NCBI GenBank assembly: GCA_035628295.1
Contig: DASPKC010000183.1
Span: 1-55,902 of the forward strand
Length of the DNA stretch: 55,902 nt
Reading direction: 5' to 3'
Source: Baekduia sp.
GTDB lineage: Bacteria > Actinomycetota > Thermoleophilia > Solirubrobacterales > Solirubrobacteraceae
A program made the translations under genes and the position numbers. The notes under the pieces are model-generated. The model was given only the letters and a program-made list of their open reading frames with translations, searched no databases and had not been told where the DNA came from. Shown piece by piece: positions 1-9,859 of the stretch. The stretch's first letter is position 1; each line of letters opens with the position of its first letter.

Positions 1-192
1 CGCCGCGACGAACAGCAGCGTCAGGACCAGGCTCAGCCACAGCGCGACGTCGTTGACGACGTGCAGGACGGCGAACGTCGCCGGGCTGGTCAGCAGCGCC
101 ACGGCCGTCGCGGCGCGGCCGAGCCGCCGCCACTCGCGCGCGAGGGCGTCACGGTCCGGCTGGGTCGGCGGGGCCAGGGTTCGCTGCGCCAT
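1..192 (-). CDS. N-terminus of a membrane protein, running off the window edge (partial)
   Basis: Read manually from ATG at 192: MAQRTLAPPTQPDRDALAREWRRLGRAATAVALLTSPATFAVLHVVNDVALWLSLVLTLLFVAA. Two hydrophobic segments; divergent from the hydrolase gene. Confidence 0.65.
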   Translation of the reverse strand, partial: MAQRTLAPPTQPDRDALAREWRRLGRAATAVALLTSPATFAVLHVVNDVALWLSLVLTLLFVAA

Positions 193-264
193 CTGCGGGC
201 CAGAGGGTACGACCGCGGGCGCACCTGCGCCATCGGACAGGCGGTCCGGGTACCGTGCGCCGCG

Positions 265-2208
265 GTGTCCGGCCGCATCTCCGCCCTCCTCGGCGCGCTC
301 GCCGTGCTGCTCGTCCTCGCCCCGGGGGCGCAGGCGGCGCTGCGCTTCAAGCCCTGCAAGTCGATCCCCGAGTTCGGCTGCGCCACGCTCGAGGTCCCCG
401 TGGACCGCGGCGGCGCGATCCCCGGCACGCTGCGCCTGCGCGTGGCCGCCGAGCCGGCCCGCCGCAGCGACAAGGGTGTGGTCATCGCGCTGTCCGGCGG
501 CCCGGGCCAGGGCGCCGTGCAGTTCGGCCGGGGCTTCCGCGAGACCCTGGCGCCGCTCATCCGGCGCAAGCGCCTCGTGCTGCTCGACGAGCGCGGCACG
601 GGGGGCTCGGCGGCGCTGCGCTGCTCCAACCTCCAGCGCCTGACGGGCATCGACCCCGTCCGGCCGTCGCTGATCGGCTCCTGCGCCCAGGATCTCGGCC
701 CTGCGCGCCAGCGCTACGGCACGCCCGACACGGTCGCCGACCTCGACGCGTTCCGCCAGGCGCTCGGCGCCGAGACGTGGACGCTCATGGGCATCTCCTA
801 CGGCACGTTCGTCGCCCAGCAGTACGCGCGCACGCACCCCCAGCACACCGACGGCCTGGTCCTCGACTCGGTCCTGGCCGACGGCTTCGAGCCCTTCCTG
901 TTGAACTCGTTCTCGCGGACGGAGCGGGTGCTGCGCGAGCAGTGCGCGCGCAACCGCTGCCGGCGGACCACCCGCGACCCGGTGGCCGACGTCGCCGCGG
1001 TCACGCGCAAGCTCGCCGCCGGGCCGATCAGGGGTCGCCTCCCCGACCGCGACGGGCGCCTGCGCCCCCGCCGGCTCGACGGGACCGGGCGCTTCTTCCT
1101 GACCGTCCAGGGCGGCGACCTCAACCCGTTCCTGCAGCCGGCGATCCCCGCCGCCGTCGCGGCGGCCGCCCGGGGCGACCATGCGCCCCTGCTGCGTGCC
1201 GCGCGCCTCGCGTCCGGCGGCGCCGAGCCGGCGCACGCGTTCAGCCTGGCGCGCAACGTCACCACCGCGTGCGCCGACACGATCCTGCCCTACCGCTTCG
1301 ACGAGCCGGTGGCCGAGCGCGCGGTCAAGCTCCAGCGGGCGGTCGACGGCCTCGGCCCGGACGCCGGCTCGCCGTTCGACGTGGCGGCCCTGCGGTCCGT
1401 CTCCATCGCCGAGGACTGCCTGTACTGGCCGGAGGGCGACACGTTCAACGAGCCGTCCGAGGCGCCGCTGCCGGACGTCCCGGCCCTGCTGCTGGCCGGC
1501 CGCCTGGACATGCGCACGCCGTTCGAGGACGCCGAGTCCGTGGCCGAGGAGCTCCCCCGGGGCACCGTGGTGCGGGTTCCCGGCACCGGGCACGACGCCA
1601 TCGGCAGCGACCTCTCGGCCTGCACGCAGACGGCCCTCAAGCGCTTCGCGGCGCGCAAGGCGATCGGGTCGCCGTGCCGCGGCAAGACCAACCAGATCCC
1701 GCCGTTCGGCCGCCCGCCGCTGCGCCTCGGCGAGGTCGACCGCGTGCCCGGCGTGGCGGGGCGGCGCGGCCGGGTGGTTGAGGCGGTGCTCGAGACGGTC
1801 TCCGACGCGCAGTTCTCCGCCGTGCAGTCGGTCTTCGCCGGGTTCGAGCGCAACGAGGGCGGCGGCCTGCGGGCCGGGTCCTACCGCGCCTCCGGCCTGG
1901 CGGAGGTCGTGCGGCTGCGCGGCTACTCGTACATCCCGGGCGTGCGGGTGACCGGGCGCATCGACGCCTCCGGCGGCCGCGTGCGCGTCCGGGCCCGCGG
2001 GGCCAACGGCTGGCTGGACCTCGACGGCCTCGGCGGCGTCGAGGGCGTGCTGGGGGGTCGGCGGGTGCGGGCCACGGCCCAGCAGACGGAGTCGGTCGTC
2101 GCCGAGGCGTCCTCGGCCGGCGGCCGGGCGCCGGCGTTGCGGGCGGCGGCGCGGCTCGCGCTGCGCCAGGCCGCGACCCTGCGCGGCTACCGGTCGCGGC
2201 TGCGCTGA
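265..2208 (+). CDS. Secreted alpha/beta hydrolase (TAP-like / tripeptidyl-peptidase family)
   Basis: Signal peptide ending AQA-A, GGPGQ oxyanion motif, GISYG nucleophile, D(MRTP) and GH catalytic residues. GTG 265 chosen because TACCGT -10 lies at 251-256. Confidence 0.85.
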   Translation: MSGRISALLGALAVLLVLAPGAQAALRFKPCKSIPEFGCATLEVPVDRGGAIPGTLRLRVAAEPARRSDKGVVIALSGGPGQGAVQFGRGFRETLAPLIRRKRLVLLDERGTGGSAALRCSNLQRLTGIDPVRPSLIGSCAQDLGPARQRYGTPDTVADLDAFRQALGAETWTLMGISYGTFVAQQYARTHPQHTDGLVLDSVLADGFEPFLLNSFSRTERVLREQCARNRCRRTTRDPVADVAAVTRKLAAGPIRGRLPDRDGRLRPRRLDGTGRFFLTVQGGDLNPFLQPAIPAAVAAAARGDHAPLLRAARLASGGAEPAHAFSLARNVTTACADTILPYRFDEPVAERAVKLQRAVDGLGPDAGSPFDVAALRSVSIAEDCLYWPEGDTFNEPSEAPLPDVPALLLAGRLDMRTPFEDAESVAEELPRGTVVRVPGTGHDAIGSDLSACTQTALKRFAARKAIGSPCRGKTNQIPPFGRPPLRLGEVDRVPGVAGRRGRVVEAVLETVSDAQFSAVQSVFAGFERNEGGGLRAGSYRASGLAEVVRLRGYSYIPGVRVTGRIDASGGRVRVRARGANGWLDLDGLGGVEGVLGGRRVRATAQQTESVVAEASSAGGRAPALRAAARLALRQAATLRGYRSRLR

Positions 2209-2384
2209 GCGGCGGCCATCGCGCCGCCCACCAGCAGCCCCAGCACGACGGCGAGGACGACGGCCGCCACCGGCCGCTGCGCCGTGCCCAGCGCGGCGGT
2301 GGAGACGGCCAGGCCCAGGCCGAGCAGCGCGACGATGACCCCCACGAAGGGGCGGCGGCGGTAGAAGTCGACGACGTCACGCAC
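2187..2384 (-). CDS. Small two-TM membrane protein
   Basis: 65-aa ORF with two hydrophobic helices filling the gap. Confidence 0.6.
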   Translation of the reverse strand: MRDVVDFYRRRPFVGVIVALLGLGLAVSTAALGTAQRPVAAVVLAVVLGLLVGGAMAAAQRSRDR

Positions 2385-2410
2385 GCCCGCAAGGGTACGG
2401 TGGGCCGCTG

Positions 2411-4324
2411 ATGTGCGGCATCGCGGGCCTCCGGACGCTCGACGGCGCGCCCGCCGATCCGGCGGCGGCCCGCGCGATGGCGGCCCGGCTCGAGCACCGC
2501 GGGCCCGACGGCGCAGGCGAGCACCACGACGGGCCGTGCGCGCTGGCGATGACGCGTCTGGCGCTCGTCGACCCCGAGCACGGCCGCCAGCCCGTGCGCA
2601 GCGAGGACGGCTCCGTCGTCGCGGTGCTCAACGGCGAGATCTACGATCATCGCGACCACGCGCGGCGCCTGCGCGCCGCGGGCCACTCGGTGGCCCCGGG
2701 CTCGGATGCCGAGGTCCTCGTGCACCTCTACGAGGACCACGGACCCGCGTTCGTGCGCCGGCTGCGCGGGATGTTCGCCATCGCGCTGTGGGACGCGCGC
2801 CAGCGCCGCCTGGTCCTGGCGCGCGACGCGTTCGGGATCAAGCCGCTCTGCTACGCCCGCGACGGCCGCCGGATCGCCTTCGCGTCCGAGCTCCAGGCCC
2901 TGCTGGCCCTGGCCGACGTCCCGCGCGACGTCGACCCTGCCGCGCTGCACGAGCTGCTGGCCTGCGGCGCGGTGCACGCGCCGCGCTCGATCCTGGCGGG
3001 CGTCCGGCGCCTGGTGCCCGGCGAGGTGCTCGTGGCCGACGACGACGGCGTGCGCACGGCGCTGGTGGTCGAGCGGCCGCGGCCCGGCCCGGTGTCCGAG
3101 CTGCGCGACGCCCCGCCCGAGGCACTGGCCGGTGAGCTGCGTGACCGGCTGCGGTCGTCGGTGCGGCTGCACCTCGCGGCCGACCGCCCCGTCGGCGTCC
3201 TGCTCTCCGGGGGCCTGGACTCCGGCCTGCTCGCGGCCCTGGCGGTGCAGGAGGGCGGGCCGCTGCCGGCCTTCACCGCGTCGTTCGGCGAGCGCTCGTT
3301 CGACGAGGCCGCCGGAGCGCGCGCCCTGGCCCGCCGCCTGGACTGCCCGCACCACGAGGTCCGCGTGACGGCCGGCGACGCGGCGGCGCTGCTGGCGCAG
3401 CTGGCGCGGTCCTTCGACGAGCCGCGCGCCGACGCCACCGCACTGCCCTACTGGCTGGTCTGCCGGCTGGCCGCCCGGCAGGTCACGGCGGTGCTCACCG
3501 GCGAGGGCGGCGACGAGCTCTTCGGCGGCTACCAGACCTATGCGGCCGGCGGCCTGCCCGGCGCCGCGCTGCGGGCGGCGGCCGTCGCCGCCCCGGCGGT
3601 CGCGGCGCTCGTGCCCAGCTCCTCGGCGCGGCTGCCGCTGGACTTCCGGCTGCGGCGCCTGGCCCTCGGGGCGGGGCTCGGGCCGCTGGACCGCCACCAC
3701 GCGTTCAAGCGCCTGACCGACCCGCAGCGCGTCCTCGCCGAGCCCTGGCGCCGCGCCGCGGCCGACGTGCTGGCGGTGCACCGCACCCGCTTCGAGGCCA
3801 CCGCGGGTGCCGAGCTGCTGGCGCGCCTGCAGGACGTCGACCTGCACACCTTCCTGGCCGACGACCTGCTCCTGCAGGCCGACCGCGCCGGGATGGCCCA
3901 TGGCCTGGAGGTGCGCGTGCCGTTCCTGGACCCGGAGGTCGCGGGGTTCGCCGCCGCGCTGGGGCGCCGCGCGCGGGTGCGCGGGCTGGAGACCAAGCGC
4001 GTCCTGCGCGCCGCGGCTGCGCCGCTGCTGGCGCCGGAGGCGGTGCGGGGGCCCAAGCGCGGGTTCGTCGCGCCCGCGGCGGCCTGGCTGCGCGGGCCGC
4101 TGGAGGCGTTCGCCCGCGACGTCCTCGCGCCGGCGGCGCTGCGCCGTCAGGGCCTGCTGGACCCGGGCGCGGTGACCGCGATGCTGGACCGCCACGCCGC
4201 CCGCCGCGAGGACCTCGCGCGGCCGCTGTGGGCGCTGCTGGCCCTGACGCTGTGGCACGACGAGGTCCTCGCCCGGCCGCCCGCGGCCGTCACCTCCACA
4301 GGGGCCGGTACGTTGCGCGCCTGA
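2411..4324 (+). CDS. asnB: Asparagine synthase (glutamine-hydrolysing) family amidotransferase
   Basis: N-terminal MCGIAG Ntn cysteine, HRGPDG, NGEIY, SGGLDS PP-loop, GEGGDELFGGY, EVRVPFLD. Confidence 0.92.
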   Translation: MCGIAGLRTLDGAPADPAAARAMAARLEHRGPDGAGEHHDGPCALAMTRLALVDPEHGRQPVRSEDGSVVAVLNGEIYDHRDHARRLRAAGHSVAPGSDAEVLVHLYEDHGPAFVRRLRGMFAIALWDARQRRLVLARDAFGIKPLCYARDGRRIAFASELQALLALADVPRDVDPAALHELLACGAVHAPRSILAGVRRLVPGEVLVADDDGVRTALVVERPRPGPVSELRDAPPEALAGELRDRLRSSVRLHLAADRPVGVLLSGGLDSGLLAALAVQEGGPLPAFTASFGERSFDEAAGARALARRLDCPHHEVRVTAGDAAALLAQLARSFDEPRADATALPYWLVCRLAARQVTAVLTGEGGDELFGGYQTYAAGGLPGAALRAAAVAAPAVAALVPSSSARLPLDFRLRRLALGAGLGPLDRHHAFKRLTDPQRVLAEPWRRAAADVLAVHRTRFEATAGAELLARLQDVDLHTFLADDLLLQADRAGMAHGLEVRVPFLDPEVAGFAAALGRRARVRGLETKRVLRAAAAPLLAPEAVRGPKRGFVAPAAAWLRGPLEAFARDVLAPAALRRQGLLDPGAVTAMLDRHAARREDLARPLWALLALTLWHDEVLARPPAAVTSTGAGTLRA

Positions 4325-6222
4325 TGGCCCGCACGCTCCCGGTCCTGCTCGCCTGCCTGCTGCTCGCGCTCGTCCCCGCCGGCGCCGCGGCGCAGGACCG
4401 CGAGGCGCCGCACGGCGCCGAGCCCCACTGGCTGCCCGACGAGGAGTGGGTCAACCTGCAGTGGCTGCCGTTCGACGAGGACCGCCTGTACGCCGTCCTG
4501 CGCATGTCGCGGGGGCAGATCTTTCGCCACGTGCGCATCGACGCCTCCAACACGCTGGCGCAGCTGGCCCGGCGGCGCGGGATGAGCGCGCAGCGCTTCG
4601 CCGACCGGCTCGTGGCCGGCCGGCGCGGGCGCGTGAGCGCGCGGGCGTACCGGACGATCCGCCGCAACACGCTGCGCACCGTCACGCAGGGCCACCTGGG
4701 CCAGCACCTGCTCTTCCACAACCTGCACCAGACCGCGATCCCGTCGCGGGCCGCCCGGATCTTCGGCACGCGCAGCAACCAGCAGTTCGCGCTGCTGCGC
4801 CGCAGCGAGCTCAGCCCCCTGCAGATCGGCGACCTCTTCGGCCGCACCCGGGTGCAGCTGCGCCGCGCGACCGTCGCGACCCTGCGGGCGGCCGCCGCGC
4901 GGGGCGTGCGCAAGGGCCAGCTCTCGCCCCGTCAGGCGCGCGCGATGCTCGAGCGCCAGGAGCGCCAGATCCCCCGGTGGCTGGGCCAGAACCGCTACAA
5001 CGGCCCGTCGGGCGGGCGCAACCGCCTGCGCATCCCGCCGGGCGACACCGCCAAGCGGCCGGCGCTGAGCGCGGACGGCGGGCGGGTGGTGTGGGACGCC
5101 TACCGGACGACGATCGCGGTGGCCGAGCGGCTGGGGGAGATCCACGTGCAGGGCGCCCATCTCGCCCGCCCCGGCCGGCGCGTGGCGGTCAGCCCGCGCG
5201 TGGACCCGCGCTCGCGCCGGCCGCGTTCGGCCTACAACAGCGTGCTGAGCGCCGACGGGCGCTTCGCGGCGTTCGAGACAGCCGAGTCGACGTTCCCGCT
5301 GGCCAAGCGCGTCGGCCAGATGTCGATCCTCGTGCGCGACCTCCAGACGGGCGCGACGCAGAAGGTCAGCCACCTCGGTCTGGCCGCGGGCGCGCCGACC
5401 CGGACGGCGTTCAACCCGTCGATCTCGGGCGACGGGCGGCTGGTCGCCTTCGAGGCCACCGACAGCGGCACCGAGACCGGGCTGTGGGTCGTCGACCGCG
5501 TCGCGGGAACGCAGCGGCTGCTGACCCGCGACAACGACGGCGCCGCCTACCTGCCGCGGATCAGCGCCGACGGCTCGACCGTCGTGTTCACGGCGGCACG
5601 TGGCGGCGGCGTGACGCGCGTGTACCGCACGACGCTCGCCGACGGCGCCACCAGCGTCGTCTCGGACGGCGAGGGCACCGACGCCTACGACCCGGCGGTG
5701 TCGGCCGACGGGCGGACGGTGGCCTACACCACCCGCGTCGGCGGGCGCTCGCGGATCGTCGTGCGCGACCTCGCCGGGGACAGGAGCGACGTCGTGTCGG
5801 CCGCGGCCCCGGGCGACGCGTTCTCGCCGGCCGTCAGCGCGGACGGCCGCTACGTGGCGTTCGGCGCGCGCACGCGGGTCGGCTCGGGCCTGCTGACCGA
5901 TCTGCGCGCCCAGGTCCACCGCGTCGACCGGGTCACCGGGCACACCGTGCTCGTGAGCGCCCGGCGCGACGGGCGGGCCTCGGCGGGCTACGCCGCGGAG
6001 CCGCAGATCAGCGCCGACGGCGCCCGGGTGGCGTTCTCGACCACCGCGGGAGACCTCGTGGCCGGCAAGCGGCGCGGCCTGACCGGTGTCGTCGTGCGCG
6101 ACCTCGCCGCCGGCACCACGGTGCTCCTCAGCGACCATCGCCGCGGGAGCCTGAAGGCGTCGGCCGTCGCGGCGCACGACGCCGCGGCGGATCCGCTGCT
6201 GTGCCCAGTCGGGGCGGGCTGA
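4324..6222 (+). CDS. Secreted protein: uncharacterised N-terminal domain plus TolB-like/PD40 beta-propeller
   Basis: ATG overlaps the asnB stop (TGATG). Signal peptide and about 7 repeats of (P)xxS(A/G)DGxxV(A/V)(F/W/Y). Confidence 0.8.
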   Translation: MARTLPVLLACLLLALVPAGAAAQDREAPHGAEPHWLPDEEWVNLQWLPFDEDRLYAVLRMSRGQIFRHVRIDASNTLAQLARRRGMSAQRFADRLVAGRRGRVSARAYRTIRRNTLRTVTQGHLGQHLLFHNLHQTAIPSRAARIFGTRSNQQFALLRRSELSPLQIGDLFGRTRVQLRRATVATLRAAAARGVRKGQLSPRQARAMLERQERQIPRWLGQNRYNGPSGGRNRLRIPPGDTAKRPALSADGGRVVWDAYRTTIAVAERLGEIHVQGAHLARPGRRVAVSPRVDPRSRRPRSAYNSVLSADGRFAAFETAESTFPLAKRVGQMSILVRDLQTGATQKVSHLGLAAGAPTRTAFNPSISGDGRLVAFEATDSGTETGLWVVDRVAGTQRLLTRDNDGAAYLPRISADGSTVVFTAARGGGVTRVYRTTLADGATSVVSDGEGTDAYDPAVSADGRTVAYTTRVGGRSRIVVRDLAGDRSDVVSAAAPGDAFSPAVSADGRYVAFGARTRVGSGLLTDLRAQVHRVDRVTGHTVLVSARRDGRASAGYAAEPQISADGARVAFSTTAGDLVAGKRRGLTGVVVRDLAAGTTVLLSDHRRGSLKASAVAAHDAAADPLLCPVGAG

Positions 6223-6231
6223 CCGGCTGGG

Positions 6232-6645
6232 CTACAGCGCTTCGCCCGGGTCGCCCTCGTCCCCCTCGAGCAGCTGCTGCAGCATGCCCATGGCGGCGAT
6301 CTGGGCGGGCGTCCCGGCGAGCTCGTCCTGGCCGATCTCCTCGAGCTCGGGGTGGAACGTCGCGTGCACCGCGACGTCCTCCTCGCCGGCGTCCTCGAGC
6401 ACGATGACGGCACGGCCGCGCTGCACCGGACCCTGGTCGGCCGCGTCCTCGGCGTCGGCCCCGCCGTCCACGATCGTCGCGCGCGCCGCGGTCAGCACGT
6501 CCAGCGCGAGCTCGCGCCAATGGCCCTCGGCGTCGGCGCGCTCCTCGGGCGTCATCTGCTCGAGGTGGTGGGCGTTGCGGGTCGCCAGCGCGTCGACGGC
6601 GGCGGCGACGGTCGCCTCGGCGAGCAGGGAGTCGGGGTCAGCCAT
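6232..6645 (-). CDS. Acidic hypothetical protein
   Basis: 137-aa ORF with protein-like composition. Confidence 0.7.
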   Translation of the reverse strand: MADPDSLLAEATVAAAVDALATRNAHHLEQMTPEERADAEGHWRELALDVLTAARATIVDGGADAEDAADQGPVQRGRAVIVLEDAGEEDVAVHATFHPELEEIGQDELAGTPAQIAAMGMLQQLLEGDEGDPGEAL

Positions 6646-6663
6646 GCCCCTGAGGCTACGGAC

Positions 6664-6915
6664 TCAGCTCGCGCTCGGCGGCGTCGTCGGCCGGCGGCCG
6701 GGCGCGTCGCGCAGCCCGCGCGAGCGCAGGAACGTCCCGACCCACGTGAAGACGACGGTCAGCAGGATGATCGCCATCAGCGCGACGGTCACCGGCCCGT
6801 CCGGCAGGACGAGCCAGAGGACGAGCGCCAGGGCGACGAAGCCGAGCATGAAGGCCCACTGGCGCATCGGGGCCGGCGGGCGGCGCGGCAGGTCGTAGTC
6901 CTCGCGGATGCTCAT
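6664..6915 (-). CDS. Small two-TM membrane protein
   Basis: MSIREDYDLPRRPPAPMRQWAFMLGFVALALVLWLV..., two hydrophobic helices. Confidence 0.65.
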   Translation of the reverse strand: MSIREDYDLPRRPPAPMRQWAFMLGFVALALVLWLVLPDGPVTVALMAIILLTVVFTWVGTFLRSRGLRDAPGRRPTTPPSAS

Positions 6916-6937
6916 GCCCGGGCGGGTACCCGGTGAT

Positions 6938-7723
6938 CTACGCCGCCACCCGCTCGCCGTCGACCTCCACCACGACGTCGTCGCCGGCGAACGAGACGTG
7001 CCCGCGGGCGGCCAGCGCCTCGCCGAGCGGCTCCTCGTAGGACCAGCAGGCGTCGGGCACCCCGTCCAGGGACCAGTACGTCGCATGGCCCTTGTACGGG
7101 CAGTCGGCCACCGTCGCGCTGGGCTGCAGACCGGCCAGGACGTCCTCGCGCGGCACGTACCAGCGGTTCGGCAGGCCGGTCTCCGAGACGACGACGGGCC
7201 GCCGGGTCTCGGCGACGAGCTCGCCATGCGCGAGCACGCGGACGTGGCGCGTGGACCGCCGGGCGTCGACGCGGTGGAACGGGTCGCGCAGATGGGGCCG
7301 GACCTCCTCGTCCTCGTCCAGCCAGCGGTCGAGGCGCTCGTGGTAGACGCCGACCAGCCCCCGCAGCCACGCCGATTCGGGCTTGGGCTCGAGGTAGGTC
7401 CACAGGGCGTCGTCGGCCGTGGTCGTCCCGACCTGGATCGACCAGTAGCTGGCGTCGCCCTTGAAGGGGCAGTGGCTGTGGGTGTCCGTGGCGCGCAGGA
7501 CGTCCTGACGGACGTCCTGCAGCGGCACGTACACGCGCGGCAGCAGGCCGGTCTCGTAGAGCAGGAAGGCGCTGCGCGAGTCGAGCACCGTCTCGCCGGC
7601 CAGCTCGGCGCGCACGCGCCGCGGGAACGGGTGCAGGAACAGCCGGTGGGCGGGGCTGTCGATCCTGTAGTTGGACTTCGCGGGGTGGCGCGCGAGGGGC
7701 CCGGCCGCCGTGGTGAGGCTCAT
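6938..7723 (-). CDS. DUF427 (NTP_transf_9) tandem-domain protein
   Basis: Two copies of ETGL-x-R-xYVP...CP(F/Y)KGxA(S/T)YWS, joined by RDPFHRVD. Confidence 0.88.
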   Translation of the reverse strand: MSLTTAAGPLARHPAKSNYRIDSPAHRLFLHPFPRRVRAELAGETVLDSRSAFLLYETGLLPRVYVPLQDVRQDVLRATDTHSHCPFKGDASYWSIQVGTTTADDALWTYLEPKPESAWLRGLVGVYHERLDRWLDEDEEVRPHLRDPFHRVDARRSTRHVRVLAHGELVAETRRPVVVSETGLPNRWYVPREDVLAGLQPSATVADCPYKGHATYWSLDGVPDACWSYEEPLGEALAARGHVSFAGDDVVVEVDGERVAA

Positions 7724-8124
7724 GGAATGGTTGTAGCGCCGCTTCGCAGCAGCCGCGCCTGCCAGCCGGCGACCACGGGCGGGGCGATGAGCTCGATCGC
7801 CAGCAGGGCCTGCTGCGCCGCCGTCGGTGGCCCGTGACGCCGCCAGCCGCCGGCGCGGGCGGCGCCCGCCAGCCAGACGGTCGCGGCAGCGGCGCGCAGA
7901 GCCCCGCTGTCGAGATGGGCGCGCGGCGCCAGGCGCACCAGCGCCAGCCCGAACGCCGCGTAGTAGGTGCCGTAGAAGCGCAGCTCGCTGTCGAGGGCGC
8001 GGTCCGGCACGGCGCGCCGGCCGGGGACGGACCCGGCTCCCGCCGCCATGGTGTGCAGCCCGGCCGCGGTGGCGACCACCCCGCCGAGACGGACGACCCT
8101 GCGCAGGGCACGCGCCGACGCCAT
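7720..8124 (-). CDS. DUF4345-like membrane protein
   Basis: DSELRFYG motif, four hydrophobic segments, IELIAPP. Confidence 0.7.
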   Translation of the reverse strand: MASARALRRVVRLGGVVATAAGLHTMAAGAGSVPGRRAVPDRALDSELRFYGTYYAAFGLALVRLAPRAHLDSGALRAAAATVWLAGAARAGGWRRHGPPTAAQQALLAIELIAPPVVAGWQARLLRSGATTIP

Positions 8125-9197
8125 CACCGGCGTGGCGCCAGGTGCTCGCGGGAGACGTGACCCGGGGTGGGGGCGCCCAGCAGCAGCAGGCCGAGCTCGA
8201 CCTCCGCCTTGAGCAGCTCGAGCACGTGCCGGGCGCCCGCCTCGCCGCCGGCGGCCAGGCCCCACAGCGCCGGGCGGCCGACGAGCACCGCGCGGGCCCC
8301 GAGCGCGAGCGCGGTGAGGACGTCGGTCCCGCGGCGCACGCCGCCGTCCATGAGGACCTCCGCGTCGCCGGCCAGCTCCTGGACGACCGGCTCGAGCATG
8401 TCGATCGCGGCCGGCACGCCGTCGAGCTGGCGGCCGCCGTGGTTGGAGACGATCACGCCGGCCGCGCCGTGCTCGACGGCCAGCCGGGCGTCGGCCGGGT
8501 GGTGGACGCCCTTGACCAGGACGGGGATCGGGCTCTCGCGCGCCAGGCGCTCGAACGCGGGCCAGGTCAGCGACGCGTCCACCAGCGAGAAGAAGCCCTG
8601 CGGCGTGATGCCGGCCGTCTCGCCGACCGCGGCCGTCACGGCGGGCATGTCGATGCCCTCCGGCACGGCGAAGCCGGTGCGCAGGTCGCGCTCGCGGCGC
8701 CCCGCGCGTGGGGCGTCGACGGTGACCGCCAGCGCGCGGAAGCCGCGGTCGATCGCCTGGTCGACGAGGTGGCGCGTCACGTGCTCGTCGCGGAAGCAGT
8801 ACACCTGGAACCAGCGCGGCGCGTCCGGCGCGGCGTCGGCCACCTCGGCGGGCGTCGAGGTGGCGATGGTCGACAGCGTCATGATCGTCCCGGCTGCCGC
8901 GGCCGCGCGGGCCATGCCGGCCTCGCCGTCGCGGTGGGCCATCTTCTGCAGCGCGACCGGCGCGACGAGGACGGGGAAGTCGACCGGCGTGCCCAGGACG
9001 CTGGTCGCGGCGGACACGGCGCTGACGTCGACGAGGACCCGCGGCAGGAGCTGATGGCGCGCGAACGCGGCGATGTTGTCGCGCAGCGTGCGCTCGTCGG
9101 CGGCGCCGCCGGCGTAGTAGCCGAGCGGCCCGGCGTCGAGGACCTCGGCGGCGCGCGCCTCGTAGTCGGCGACGCAGCAGGGCTCCGGCCGGGTCAC
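8124..9197 (-). CDS. FMN-dependent alpha-hydroxy acid oxidase/dehydrogenase
   Basis: YYAGGA, APVALQ, WFQVY, LAVTVD, VSNHGGRQLD, DGGVRRGTDV, GRPALWGLA. Confidence 0.93.
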   Translation of the reverse strand: MTRPEPCCVADYEARAAEVLDAGPLGYYAGGAADERTLRDNIAAFARHQLLPRVLVDVSAVSAATSVLGTPVDFPVLVAPVALQKMAHRDGEAGMARAAAAAGTIMTLSTIATSTPAEVADAAPDAPRWFQVYCFRDEHVTRHLVDQAIDRGFRALAVTVDAPRAGRRERDLRTGFAVPEGIDMPAVTAAVGETAGITPQGFFSLVDASLTWPAFERLARESPIPVLVKGVHHPADARLAVEHGAAGVIVSNHGGRQLDGVPAAIDMLEPVVQELAGDAEVLMDGGVRRGTDVLTALALGARAVLVGRPALWGLAAGGEAGARHVLELLKAEVELGLLLLGAPTPGHVSREHLAPRR

Positions 9198-9814
9198 GTC
9201 AGGCTCCCGACCGGCGCGACGACGACCCAGCTCTTGACGAGCGGCCCGACCCGTTCGGCGCGCGCGGGGCCGAAGAGCCGCTCGACCTCGGCGCGGCCCA
9301 GCAGGCGCAGATCCGGCTCCCAGGGGGCCGCTCCCAGCCGCCAGTACCGGCGGCGGGCGCGCTCGGGCAGCCAGTGGGCCGCGGGCAGCAGCGCATGCGG
9401 CTCGAGCGGGAACTCGCGGGCCGGCGTCTGGACGTACCAGCCGCGCCCGACGCGCCGCAGCTCCGCGGCGAAGGCCCGGCGGCGGTGGGGGGCGACGTGC
9501 TCCACCACGCTGGAGCAGTACACGAGGTCGAAGGCGTTGGTGGCGAATGGCAGGCCGTCGGCCGCGTCGGCCTGCACGACCTCGCCGGGGTACTCGGGAC
9601 GGGGGCTGAGATCGACGCCCGTGATGTCGAGCTGCGGCTCGAGGCCGCGCAGCCCGAGCGCCCCGCACCCCACGTCGAGCACGCGCATGCCCGGCTCTGC
9701 GCCCGTCAGGCCGAAGAACCGCTCGTGGCGCCGGCGGCGGGCGCGCGCGGCGGCGGGGGAGGCCAGGCGGCCGAGCGGACCGCGGGCGGTGCCGTAGACC
9801 TCGGTGGCGGGCAT
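9194..9814 (-). CDS. Class I SAM-dependent methyltransferase
   Basis: VLDVGCG, LPFATNAFDLVYCSSVVEHV, QTP..FPLEPH. Confidence 0.85.
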   Translation of the reverse strand: MPATEVYGTARGPLGRLASPAAARARRRRHERFFGLTGAEPGMRVLDVGCGALGLRGLEPQLDITGVDLSPRPEYPGEVVQADAADGLPFATNAFDLVYCSSVVEHVAPHRRRAFAAELRRVGRGWYVQTPAREFPLEPHALLPAAHWLPERARRRYWRLGAAPWEPDLRLLGRAEVERLFGPARAERVGPLVKSWVVVAPVGSLT

Positions 9815-9859
9815 GGGCGCCGCCAACCCTACGCGGCGGGGCGTTCGTACACTGGGGGC

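Noticed and set aside
2411-4324. Lasso-peptide cyclase cluster
   Set aside because: AsnB has an intact Ntn glutaminase domain, and no B1/B2 genes or precursor peptide are nearby.
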